Below, piece by piece: positions 36,602 to 49,400 of a stretch of 64,000 bases of DNA. The DNA lies in IMG/VR virus record IMGVR_UViG_3300022602_002120, positions 32,001 through 96,000 of that record, one strand, 5' to 3'. Source of the stretch: a virus. How positions within the stretch are numbered: position 1 is the stretch's first letter; every line of letters begins with the position of its first letter. A model generated the notes under the pieces. That model was not told the origin of the DNA. It did not search any database and saw only the letters and a list, made by a program, of their open reading frames with translations. The translations under genes and the position numbers were made by a program.

Positions 36602-36979
36602 ATGGCTACAGTATATAAAGGTTTTAGTACAATAGGTCCAAGTAACAATTTCCGTTTAACGGATTTTGACCTAATCAAACAGGATATTATTAACCACTTT
36701 AACATTCGTAAAGGTGAGAAATTAATGAATCCTAACTTTGGTACGATTATATGGAATGTACTATATGAGCCATTCACTGAAGATCTAAAAAGTGTAATTA
36801 TCACAGATATCACAGCCGTTGCTGGCTATGATCCTCGTGTGAGCTTTGATAACATTATTGTTACAGAATATGATCAGGGCATACAAATAGAACTACAATT
36901 ACGCTACGTTTTAACCAATCAAGTCAACACTATGCTGCTTAATTTTAACGGCACAACACAGAAACTATCCGTGATGTAA
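36602..36979 (+). CDS. gp25: Baseplate wedge protein gp25
   Basis: YKGFS..DFDLIKQD..NHF..RKGEK.MNPNFG..DPRV motif. Confidence 0.9.
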   Translation: MATVYKGFSTIGPSNNFRLTDFDLIKQDIINHFNIRKGEKLMNPNFGTIIWNVLYEPFTEDLKSVIITDITAVAGYDPRVSFDNIIVTEYDQGIQIELQLRYVLTNQVNTMLLNFNGTTQKLSVM

Positions 36980-37003
36980 TTAACTACGCTGTTTATTTCT
37001 AAG

Positions 37004-37010
37004 ATAAATA
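37004..37010 (+). promoter_or_regulatory. Late promoter motif ATAAATA for gp6
   Basis: gataaata in the gp25-gp6 gap, with an AGGA RBS. Confidence 0.65.
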
Positions 37011-37030
37011 CATTATATTAGGAATAAAGT

Positions 37031-40000
37031 ATGGCAACCACAACGAGACAGACTAGTTTATTAGTCGCAGAAGACTGGACTAAACTATATCAAACGTTCC
37101 GCAACGCAGACTTTCAAAGTTACGACTATGAAACGCTACGTGCTTCGATGATCAGTTATCTTCAATTATACTATCCTGAAGATTTTAACGATTACATTGA
37201 AAGTTCTGAATTTATTGCGCTAATTGATATGATTTCCTTCTTAGGACAATCATTAGCCTTCCGCGGCGATTTAAATGCTCGTGAAAACTTTATCGATACA
37301 GCACAACGTCGTGACAGTATCTTAAAATTAGCACGTCTGATCTCATATAATCCTAAACGTAATATTAACAGCAAAGGCTATTTAAAATTTGACAGTGTGT
37401 CAACTACAGAAACAGTATATGATAGCAACGGGATTAATCTAAGCAATCTAATTATCAATTGGGCCGATAGTGCTAACAGTAATTGGTTAGAACAATTTAC
37501 TATCGTATTAAATGCGGCACTACAAAGCAATCAAGTAATTGGTAAACCAGCTAGTAGTCAAATTATTGCTGGAGTAACTACAGAAGAATATAACATAAAT
37601 TATATTCCTAGTAGACTAGCTATCTATCCATTTAAATCTACAGTTGGTGGTACCAGCATGGATTTTGAATTTGTAAGCCCAACCACTACAGGCCAAAATT
37701 ATGTTTATGAGGCAGCACCATTTATAAGTGCACCATTTAATTTCCTATATAAAAATGACGGTCTAGGTAATGGTAGCAACAACACAGGCTATTTCTTATA
37801 CTTTGTACAAGGTACACTACAAAGTCAAGACTTTAATTTTGCAGAAAGTATTCCAAATCGCACCTATAGTATCAACGCTAATAATATCAACAATAGTGAT
37901 ATTTGGCTTTATATGGTAAACAGTGATGGCACATTGGGTGAGATGTGGACACAAACTCCTGCTGTGGCTAACACTAATGTTATCTATAATAATAGTTCAA
38001 CACGTGACATTTATCAAGTTAATACACGTGCTAGTGATCAAATTGATCTAGTATTCGGTGACGGCGCATTTGCGACCATTCCACAAGGTAATTTCCGTTT
38101 ATACTATAGAATATCAAACGGTCTACAATACAAAATTACACCTGACGAAATGCAAGGTGTGGTTATGTCACTTAACTACCTAAGTCAATCAGGTCGTGTA
38201 GAAGTATTAAACATTACAGCTAGTCTACAGTATACAATTGCTAATGCAACTACACGTGAAAGTCTGGACGAGATTAGACAAAAAGCGCCGCAACAATTCT
38301 ATACACAGAATCGTATGATCACAGGTGAAGACTACAACATCTTACCTTATACGCTATTCTCAAACATTTTAAAAGTAAAAGCTGTTAACCGTACTAGTTC
38401 TGGTATTAGTCGTTATCTTGATGTTATTGACGTAACAGGCAAATATTCTAGTACTAATATTTTTGCTGAAGATGGCATATTGTATCGTGATAATTTTACC
38501 AGCACATTCAGCTTTGATTATTATACATCAAATGACATTTATCGTGTTATCTACGATCAAGTTGCTCATATAGCGCAGGCATCAGAAACACTTCAATTGT
38601 TCTATGCTGACTATCCACTGATTACATTAACTAACATCTATTGGCATACATCGACAACTATTGCTAATGGTAGCACAGGTTACTTTGTTGACGTAAACGG
38701 AAATATTTTACAAATCGGCAACTATGTTGCTAACAGTAACAAATATATTCAACAAGGTAGTATTGTTAGACTTAGTGCAGGTCCAGGAAACTACTTTAAC
38801 AGTCAAAATTATGTTCAAACAGGAACACCAAGCAAACCGGGTGACAAATATTATATCTACGCAGCTATCGAATTGGTTGATGCTGATGGTACTAATAGTG
38901 GTCAAGGTAACCTTGCTAGTGGTGCAGGACCTGTAACTATTAACCAAGTTATTCCAGCAACAGGGCTTAACGGATCAGCGCAAACAATCATTGGTGACAA
39001 AGTATTTGCTGTATTTAATAACAACTTTTCTAATACCTTAGTACAATCAATGGTAGGTTACATACAGGCCTATGCTAACTTCGGTCTACGTTATGATACA
39101 TCAACAGGTGCTTGGACTATTATTCTGCCAGGCAATTTAAATTTAAACGGTGAGTTTGACTTAACTTATGCAGGCGATACTAGTGGGCAAGCATTAGACA
39201 GCAGCTGGATTATTGCATTCCAGACAGTAGGTAAAACTTATACAGTACTATATCGTGGGTTAAGCTATATTTTTGAAAGTGTCCAAGAAACTAATTTTTA
39301 TTATGACGGCACAACTAAGATTTACGACTCTAAGACAGGACTAACAGTTCACGACCAAGTTAAAGTATTAAAAGTTAATAGTAATCCAGATGACAATAAT
39401 CCATTGGCTCTGGACTATACTTGGTATATTAATAAGGCCATTACTGAAGTTGATGGTTATGTAGATATTAATAAAATTTCCGTGACATTTAGTGATAATA
39501 ACAATGACGGTATTCCAGATAATCCTGAATTATTTGATCTTATTGTTAATCCAAGTGTAAACACCATTGACAAATATGTGTATTTCCAAGAAACTGTGGG
39601 GTATGATAACTTTACAGTTCAAACTCCTGTAGACAACGCTACAGTTATTTCGATGTACTCTACATTGCGTGCTATTGAACAGGCTAAAACACTATATCAA
39701 AATGGACAATTGTTCTATATTCCGGCAATTGATACATTCTATCAATTAAGTGTAAGTGGTGCTGTTTATACTGTTTCTGAAGTTACTGGTTATACAGCTA
39801 AATTAGGTCGTCAAGACCTGTACTTCCAATATCGTCATAACAGTCCAAATAATAGACGTATCGATCCCAGTCCTAATAATATTATTGACTTATATGTATT
39901 AACACAACAATATACGGCAGATTATCTAGCTTGGATACAAGATACATCGGGTCAAGTTACACAACCAATTGCACCCACTAGCGAAGAATTAGAATCAGAT

Positions 40001-40450
40001 TATAGCACACTAGATAACTATAAGGCCATCAGTGATACTATCATTTACAATCCTGCGGCATTTAAACCCTTGTTCGGTGCCAAAGCAGACCCAACACTAC
40101 AAGCAACATTTAAAGTAGTTAAGAATCCTAATGTAGTTATTAGTGATAATGAAGTTAAAACAAGTTTGATTGCTGCAATCAATAGTTATTTTGATGTAGC
40201 AAATTGGGACTTTGGTGAAACATTCTACTTCAGTGAATTAGCAAGTTATTTGCATGTTCAATTAGCTCCAAACGTTTCAAGTATTATCCTTGTTCCAGCT
40301 AACCAAGCAGAAGTATTTGGCAGTTTGTTACAGGTAAATGCTAATATCAATGAAGTTATTACAAGTGCAGCCACAGTTGATAATGTACAAATTATCACAG
40401 CAATTACAGCAGCACAAATAAATCAAACTGGTACAGTAATAGTAGCTTAA
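37031..40450 (+). CDS. gp6: Baseplate wedge protein gp6-like, extended (1139 aa)
   Basis: DFQSYDYETLR, FIDTAQRRDS..LA..ISYNP, FGDG.F and TQNRMITGEDY motifs. Confidence 0.9.
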   Translation: MATTTRQTSLLVAEDWTKLYQTFRNADFQSYDYETLRASMISYLQLYYPEDFNDYIESSEFIALIDMISFLGQSLAFRGDLNARENFIDTAQRRDSILKLARLISYNPKRNINSKGYLKFDSVSTTETVYDSNGINLSNLIINWADSANSNWLEQFTIVLNAALQSNQVIGKPASSQIIAGVTTEEYNINYIPSRLAIYPFKSTVGGTSMDFEFVSPTTTGQNYVYEAAPFISAPFNFLYKNDGLGNGSNNTGYFLYFVQGTLQSQDFNFAESIPNRTYSINANNINNSDIWLYMVNSDGTLGEMWTQTPAVANTNVIYNNSSTRDIYQVNTRASDQIDLVFGDGAFATIPQGNFRLYYRISNGLQYKITPDEMQGVVMSLNYLSQSGRVEVLNITASLQYTIANATTRESLDEIRQKAPQQFYTQNRMITGEDYNILPYTLFSNILKVKAVNRTSSGISRYLDVIDVTGKYSSTNIFAEDGILYRDNFTSTFSFDYYTSNDIYRVIYDQVAHIAQASETLQLFYADYPLITLTNIYWHTSTTIANGSTGYFVDVNGNILQIGNYVANSNKYIQQGSIVRLSAGPGNYFNSQNYVQTGTPSKPGDKYYIYAAIELVDADGTNSGQGNLASGAGPVTINQVIPATGLNGSAQTIIGDKVFAVFNNNFSNTLVQSMVGYIQAYANFGLRYDTSTGAWTIILPGNLNLNGEFDLTYAGDTSGQALDSSWIIAFQTVGKTYTVLYRGLSYIFESVQETNFYYDGTTKIYDSKTGLTVHDQVKVLKVNSNPDDNNPLALDYTWYINKAITEVDGYVDINKISVTFSDNNNDGIPDNPELFDLIVNPSVNTIDKYVYFQETVGYDNFTVQTPVDNATVISMYSTLRAIEQAKTLYQNGQLFYIPAIDTFYQLSVSGAVYTVSEVTGYTAKLGRQDLYFQYRHNSPNNRRIDPSPNNIIDLYVLTQQYTADYLAWIQDTSGQVTQPIAPTSEELESDYSTLDNYKAISDTIIYNPAAFKPLFGAKADPTLQATFKVVKNPNVVISDNEVKTSLIAAINSYFDVANWDFGETFYFSELASYLHVQLAPNVSSIILVPANQAEVFGSLLQVNANINEVITSAATVDNVQIITAITAAQINQTGTVIVA

Positions 40451-40468
40451 TAGAAAAACGGAACCATA

Positions 40469-43400
40469 ATGGCAACAAGAAAAACCTATAAATTTTTACC
40501 TACAGTATTTCAAAGCGATACGAATAAGAAATTCCTAGCCGCTACGATGGATCAGTTAGTAACTGAACCTAATTTAGAAACGCTGTATGGATATATTGGT
40601 CGTAAATTTGCTCCTACTTATAGGTCAGGTGATAGTTATGTTATTGAAAATAACACTACTAGACAAGACTATCAATTAGAACCTGCGGTGGTAATTCGCA
40701 ATAATCAAAACGATGTTACCTTTGTTGCAGATTATGTAGACCTACTAGACAAGATTGGTTATTATGGTGGATTAACTAATGATCATAGTCGCTTGTTCCA
40801 ACAAGAATACTATTCATTTGATCCTAAGATTAGTTTTGATAAATTAATCAACTTTAGTCAATACTATTGGATACCTAATGGTCCTGATCCAGTGGGGGTA
40901 AGCACGACTGGAGTTCAATTAACAGAAACATACACTGTAACACGTGATGCAGCAAACGGTCGTTATGTCTATACTACTAACGGTGTAGTTGATAATAGTA
41001 TTACACTTGCACGCGGAGGTTCTTATCAATTTGTTGTAGATCAACCAGGTGTACCATTCTGGATACAAACAGAAACAGGTATAGATGGTGTAATAAGTGC
41101 TACACCGACACTAAGCTCACGTAACATATATGGTGTAACCAACAATGGTACAGACGTAGGCACTATTACATTTAACGTACCACAAATTACAGGGCAAGAT
41201 CGTTGGGTAAACATGCAGACTGTTTTCAATGCAGATTATGCTACTCCTATCCCATACACTCAATTATCAAACAAAACGCTTAGCCAGTTCCTAGCCGCGT
41301 ATCCACAATACGGTGGCATCACAGGACAATTAAATGGCAAATACACAATCTTTGTTGATGTAAGCTCATGGTCTAATGTCGGTGAAGCCGCGTGGACTAA
41401 TCCTACTGTAGTAGATGATGATGGTGATGTAATTCCAGGATATGATGCCGGAATAGTTATCCCTAATGCACAACGATATAATGTATGGCGTGTGGTTTAT
41501 GTTGATCTGGGTCAAAAATTACGTCTAGATACGCCTATTGCGGCCGATGTTGCCGCAGGCTCAAGTCTAACTGTAGGTGGTAATGTAACTGTATTATCAT
41601 ATGATGCTGTAGCTGGACAACAATATGTTTATATTCCTAGCAGTGTAGACGTACCAGCTAATGCCACAGTTAAACGTACTGATGTAGTAACATCATTGTC
41701 AGCAACACAATCAGGAACAAATTATATCACAGTAACATCAACAGTTGGATTAGAAGCTAAAATGCCTGTGGTATTTGTAGGCAATCCTGCTACCGGCGGA
41801 ATTGTATCAGGCACTACTTATTATATTAGTCAGGTAATTGATCAACGAACATTTACTATCAGTGCAACATCTGGAGGTAGTGTATTTGCGTTAACTACTG
41901 ACACTGGTATTATGGCTGTTACAGCATCTTACACTGAAATTTTACCAAGCACTATGGTAGTAAGCATATCTAAAGGTGATCCACTATTAAAATTAGTTCA
42001 CACACAAACTGTAAATGTAAATGAACAAGTATATATTAAGATTGGTCTAGTAAATGCTAATAAAAAATTCTATAAAGACTATGATGGATTCTTTTATGAA
42101 TCACCGTTGATCACAGCACCTATTAGTCAACTATGGATTCAAGATGGTAGTCTTGCTGAAATCTACTCTCCGATTAAACTCGTAGACTATTCCGGTTGGA
42201 CGATTGACGTTGAAAATGACATTATTGGCCAACAAAATTATACAAGTCCTAATGGAGTTGAATTTACCACAGGTCTTAAAGTACAATTTGGTGACGACGT
42301 AACTCCTGCATACTATCAAAATTCTCAGTTCTATGTAGAACAAGTGGGTGATCAAAATGAAGGTATTCAACTAGTAAAAGTGGATGAACTAGTAACACCT
42401 GAATTATACAATGACGAAATAGCTATCAATTACCCAGGTGAATATTTCCCTGACTATATTACAATTAACCGTGCTAGTAAAGATCGTAACGCATGGTCAC
42501 GTAATAATCGTTGGTTCCATATAGATGTAATTACAGCTACAGCGGCCTATAATGGCACTGTACCTACATTTTCAAATGGTATACGCGGTCAACGCCCTAT
42601 TGTACAATTTGAAGTTGATTTGCAATTGTTTAATGCTGGACGTATTGCTAAATTGCCTATTGACATTTTAGATACTACTATCCAGGACGCATTTACACAA
42701 TTACAAGGGCAATCTTATACTAATGTATTTGGTATAGACCTATTTGACAGCAACGGAAATCCATTATATCCAAACGGCTTACGTGTTATTTTTGGTGCAG
42801 ATAACGATCCACTTGTTAAAAATAAAATATATCTATTAACACTAGTACAATATAGTGTTGATCAATTCCAACAACCAACAGGCACATATTACATTCAACT
42901 TACCAAAGCAGATGATGGTGACGTAAGTGCTTATGATACTACCGTAGTTAATCTTGGCATACATAAAGGTAGCCAATGGTGGTATGATGGTATTAATTGG
43001 AATTCGAGTCAACAAAAAACATATCTACAACAACCGCCGTTATTTGATGTATTAGACAGTACTATAGATTTAACCACAGGTAATATAGTTGAGGGTAAGA
43101 GCCTAAGTCAATATACACGTAGCACATTTGTTGGTACACAAATATTTGGATACAATCGTGTAACTACAGGAACAGCAGATATAGTATTAAGTAGAGGTCC
43201 AGTAGCACCTATTCTTGATGCTAATGGTAATTCTATTACTGATTTCTATTTAAGTTATAAAAACTTCGCCACTCAAGGTGATATTAATTTCCAAAACTTC
43301 TTTAATACTGATACCTTCAGTTACTTTAACGATGCTGGAAAAATTATTACAGAGAATGTTAATGTTGGATATATTCAAAAGATTCTAGATAATCAAACAT

Positions 43401-46400
43401 TGGTACCAAAAAATACTTGGTTAACAGTACCTGAGCAAAGTAAACAATATCAATTATTCAGTTATGTGTATAATGGAACCAATAATCCATTTGCAATTGA
43501 TATTGCTCCAGCAAGCGGTGAACAAAGTATTCCGTATGTTAAAGTTTTCCGAAACTTTGCTTATGTGACTCCGTCTAATTGGTCATTGGCAAATAACGCC
43601 GTTACTATATCGTCTACACTGTCTACTAATGATCAAATTGATATTTTAGTATATAGCGATGAAGTTAGTAAAACAGCATTTTACCAAGTACCACAAAATC
43701 TAGACTTAAATGCGCAAAACGTTGACATCGATATGTTGACCCTAGGCCAATTGCGTAATCACCTAGTAGGACTGGCACAGAACAGTACTATCGTTACTGG
43801 TGATGTATTAGCACAAAGTAATCTACGTGATGTTGATATTAAACAGCAAGGAGGTACTATTCTTAAACATAGTGCTCCTACTCCTTATGCTAGTTTATTC
43901 TTAATTGACGACCAAGCTAACTTTATCAACAGTGTTCGCTATGCTCAACAAGAATATACTAAATTTAAAAACAAGTTCTTAGAATTAAGTATAAGTCTTG
44001 AAGGTATCGATCCTACAGATCCAGTGACTAGTGTTGATACAATTTTAACAAAAATAAATCAAGTTAAAAATAAATCATTCCCTTGGTACTATAGTGATAT
44101 GGTACCTTACGGTCCACTAAAAAATATTGTAGGCCAAATTGGCAATGTTGATGGATTTGAAATATTTGATCCATTAAAAACTAATTATGAAATTACAGCT
44201 ATTTTTAACGATACACAATTAAGCAATCAAGCTGTACTAGTTTATCAAAATAATCAACAGTTAGTCAACGGAGTAGATTATAGTTTTAGTACAGATACTC
44301 CGAGTATTAATTTTAATGTAACATTAAATGTTGGCGACATTATTAAGATTGTTGAATATAGCAATACTGATGGTAATTATATACCAGAGACTCCTACTAA
44401 ACTAGGTTTATGGCCAAGCTATATTCCAGAAATATTTTTAGATGACACATATAGAACACCAACTACAGTTATCCGTGGACACGATGGTAGTGTTACACCT
44501 AGCTTCGGTGACTACCGTGATCAATTCTTATTAGAATTGGAACTACGTATCTATAATAATATCAAGTTACCTGCAAATACAACATTCAGCGATATTTTTG
44601 CTGTAATACCGGGTAAATTTAGATCAAGTGATTATACTCTGGCTGAACTAGATCAAATTCTGAGTAAGAGTTTCTTAACTTGGATAGGCAATAACAAACT
44701 TGACTATAGTACAAACAATACATTTAATTCCAATGATCCATTTACATGGAACTATGCGACAAGTCATGATCGTATCAGCAATGAATTACTACCAGGTAGT
44801 TGGCGTGCCTGTTACCAATATTTCTATGACACATATCGTCCACATCTAACACCATGGGAAATGCTGGGCTTTACAAGTATGCCAAATTGGTGGGAAGGTT
44901 TCTATGGTCCGGCACCATACACTGGTGGTAATACTGTTCTATGGGATGACTTAGAAGCAGGAAATATTCGTTATGGTGCTCGTCAAGGAATTGACCTACA
45001 CTATGCTCGCCCCGGACTATCATCAGTAATTCCTGTGGATGCTAACGGCAATTTACTAAGCCCGGCACAAATACTTTGCCAAACATTTAATAGTAAACGT
45101 TCTGGTGCAGCATGGGCGGTAGGACAACAAGGTCCTGTAGAATTTGCTTGGCGTATGAGTAGTGACTTCCCTTATGCTGTTCAGCAGGCATTGGCATTAG
45201 CAAAACCAGCTAAGTATTTTGGTACACTAATCGATGTAACCACATACTCTCCACTAAATGCCTTGTATACATATACAACTAGTTTAGAAGGTATTACCAC
45301 AGAAGTTACACAATATCTAGAAGCTACTACAAATCAACCAATAACACAATCGGCTATTGATTTTAATGGTGATACTACATCAGGTACTACCTATCGTGGT
45401 GCTGGGTATATTAACTGGATTGCCAATTATTTAATCAATCAAGGTGTAACTCCTTCTACATATTTGTTGTCTTTAATACAAGATTTCCAAGTCAATTTAA
45501 CTTACAAAGTAAGTGGTTTTACTGATCAAAATTATCTAGAAGTCCTTGCTGAACAAGTTAGTCCAACAAGTACTAACGATAGCATTCTTATACCTAACGA
45601 AAATTACACAGTATACCTAAATGAGAAACCTGTACCTATAGATGAAATTGTTTACAGTGCGGTGATCATTGAAAAAACAACCAACGGCTACACAGTTCGT
45701 GGCTACGACCTGTTTAATAGTTACTTTACAATTATTCCTAGTGTTGTGAATAACAATGCTAGTCAGATTAAAGTATTAAACAGTACCGCAACAATCTACA
45801 AAGACTATCAAAATGTACTAATGAATGTGCCGTACGGTTACGAATTTACTACACAACAACAAGTAGTTGACTTTATGATCAGCTATGAACGTTATCTAAT
45901 GTCACAGGGTTGGACATTCACTGATGTAGATCCTCAACTAAGTGAAATTAAAGATTGGAGATTGAGCAGTAAAGAATTCTTATACTGGGCACAACAAGGT
46001 TGGAAACCGGGCAGTATTTTGGTAGTAAGTCCTGTTTCAAATAGCCTAAATGCTATTACCAGCGGTAGCATAACAGAAGGTATTGAAGACAGCCAATACG
46101 GTAGTCGTGTTGTTGACCAAAACTTTAACTTAGTTAAAAATAACAAATATACTGTATACAGAACACCTACAGAATTCAATGTACAACTACAGGATCCTGC
46201 TAGTGTTATTGGTTATGTAAAAGTATCATTGGTTCAGTATGAACACTCATTGATATTTGATAATACCACAGTGTTTAATGATGTTATCTATCAACCAGAA
46301 AGCGGTAACCGTCAATTCCGTTTAAAACTAATCGGCCAACGCACAGCTAACTGGAATGGTAGTTTGAGTCCAGAAGGGTTTATATATAACAATGGTCAAG

Positions 46401-49400
46401 TGTCTGATTGGTATCAAGGTAAAGACTACTTACAAGGGGATCTTGTACAATACAAGAGCCAATACTATACAGCCTTGCAAGATGTACCTGCGAATACTAC
46501 ATTCCAGTTCCAATATTGGCAAGTATTGAGCTCAAATGAAATACAAAAAGGCCTATTACCTAATTTTAGCACACTTGCTGTAGAAAGTCAAGGATATTAT
46601 GATAGCTACGCTGCAATACGTAACAAAAGCCAATTGGCTTACAGTCACGCTCTTATTGGCTTTAGAGAACGTCAATATCTTGCTGATCTAGGTCTAACAG
46701 AAACTAGTCAAATTGAATTCTACAAAGGTTATATTGCACAAAAAGGTACTAAAAATGCGGTAGATGCGTTTACTAAAGCAACTATCAATAACATCACAAG
46801 TAATATTGCTCTTTACGAAGAATGGGCGGTGCGTGTTGGCGAGTATGGCGCATTGACTAGTAACCCATTTGTAGAAATTCCGTTAGATGAAAAAGCATTT
46901 GGCGTAAACCCGAGTGTAGCAAGTTTTGTAGATACAGCAGATAATAACCTAGCTGATGGAATTACAACATTCAATGATACACAGTTGTTTAAATCATACG
47001 GTGCATATTCTGCCAACGTAGCATTAAATAGAACCAGTGATAGCGATTATGACAATGACATTCCTACAGCAGGTTATGTAAACATTGACGATATTGATTT
47101 ACAAATCTTTGATCTGACTAACTATGTTGATCTAGACAATAATATTGCTGATATGGGTAGTGGTTATCTTATTTGGGTAGCTAAAGACTTTACACAAAAT
47201 TGGAATGTATACCGTGTAACTGAGACCAATAATCTAATTACCGCTGTAACAAACAGCCTAAATGGATATATCACTTATACTACTGAAAAACCGCATGGAT
47301 TTGTCAAATATGACATATTCTTGGTTAAGAATTTTGATTCATTGTTTGATGGATTCTATCAAGTATTACAAGTAAACGGAGCATCAACAGTATTAGTAAA
47401 ATATGCTGGATCGATTACAGATATTGCAAACCTAACTACTAAAACTGGTAGTGGTTTATTATTCCGCATGGACAGTATGCGTTTCCCATACATGGAAAAT
47501 AGCCGTATCTATGCGCTAACAAGCCCGCCAAATGGTTGGAAAGTAGGCGATAAGATTTGGATCGACAATGATGCTGCAACTACACCTGTGCAAGGTCAGC
47601 CATTTGGCACGCAACCTAGCGGAACATGGAAAGTATATGAAAAACAACATCCGTGGACACTAGAACAAGAAGTTAAAAAAGGCCTAAGCGAATACGCTAA
47701 TACTGATGCATTTGGTTCTAGTGTTAAAATGTCGGCTGATGGATTGATCATTGTTAGTGGTGCGCCAGGACACAATTCAGGTCAAGGCCAAGTAAGTACA
47801 TTCCTACGTGATTATAGCGGTAACTTCAATGAAGCACTAACATTAAATCCTCTAGGATCTAATACATCAGGATTTGGTTATGCTGTAGATATTGCAACAA
47901 CTCCAATTGGTGATTCTTCTATTGCTGTTGGTGCTCCTACTAGTTGGTCTGGAAATGGATTAGTTTATGTATATAATAAACTGTTAAACAGTTACTCGAT
48001 TGATGTTAGTCAAATTATTTCAGGCAACGTAGCAGGTGATCAATTTGGTACAAGCATAGCGTTTAACCAAGACGGTGAATGGATGTATGTAGGTGCACCT
48101 GGTAATAATTCAGTATATGCTTACGGTTTAAAACGTTATGTTCAAACACAACGCCAAATTACCAGTGTTAACAATAAAAATACCATGTACCTAAGTGGTG
48201 CTGTTACAGCCCTGCCGGGCGATGTTATTATTCAATCTAACACAGGTGCAAGAGCAACTGTGGTTAGTGTAACATCTAGCTCAGAAATTGTTGTAAGTAG
48301 TCTTACAAACTTTGTTGCGGCATCTTTGGGTACTAGTGGTAATGTAATACTAGGCAACTTAACTGTACTTGCTAACCTTAGTGTTTTAAGTAGTGGTAAT
48401 TTAACAGCTTATACAGTATATCCATTTAACTTTGCAAGTAATGCCGTGACTAATAGTATTAATATTACAGCATTTACTCCTGATGCTACTGTGGGCGGTG
48501 ATGCTAACAGTTTATCAATTACCAGTGTAAGTAACACTTATATTCCTAATGTAGATTATACATTTGACTATGCTAATTTACGAGTTAACTTTACAGCTAA
48601 TATTTCAGCGTCATCAATTACAATTACTCAACGCCCTTACTATGCTCTAGTACAAAAATTAAACACATCTAATACATGGGCACGATTTGGTTACGCTGTA
48701 GCATCTAGCTTCGATGGCGCACAAGTTGCTGTAGGTGCCCCTGGGGATACAGTAGCAGATGCTAACGGAGTGTTACAATCTGGCGCAGGTTCTGTGTTTG
48801 TATATGATCGTGTGATTGAAGCATTTAATTCAGTTACTGATGCGGTTCCTGGTACAGGCGGCCAAGATTATCAAACAGAAAATCCTATTGCTAATGTACA
48901 CAAAGTTACAGTTGATGATATTGAAACAACCGCCTATACTGTAGTCGGTACTAATAAAATTAGATTTACAAACCCACCAGACGTTGGCCATGTAATATTT
49001 GTTGAAGTTAATACATTTAACGTGCTAGAACAATTAATTGGTGTTAACAGTCTACAAGGTGGTTTGCAAGCTATCCAAGCTAATGCACAATTCGGTACCA
49101 CACTAACTATCTGTTCAAACAACTGTGCGATTTATGTAGGTGCTCCTTACTGGAACAACGGCACTGAATATAACAGTGGTGCTGTATGGAAATTCCATAA
49201 TCGTGGCAGACTATACGGTACTAACACTGGTTATCATTTAAACCCAGTATTTACTAAAGGTGATACAATACGTCTGAACAACTTCGAAATCACAGCCGCT
49301 AATATTAGTACACCAAGTTCTAGTGTAGTGTCATTAAATGACCTAGTTACAAACATTAACAATGCCAAGATCTTAGGTGTTACGGCTGTAAATCAAAATG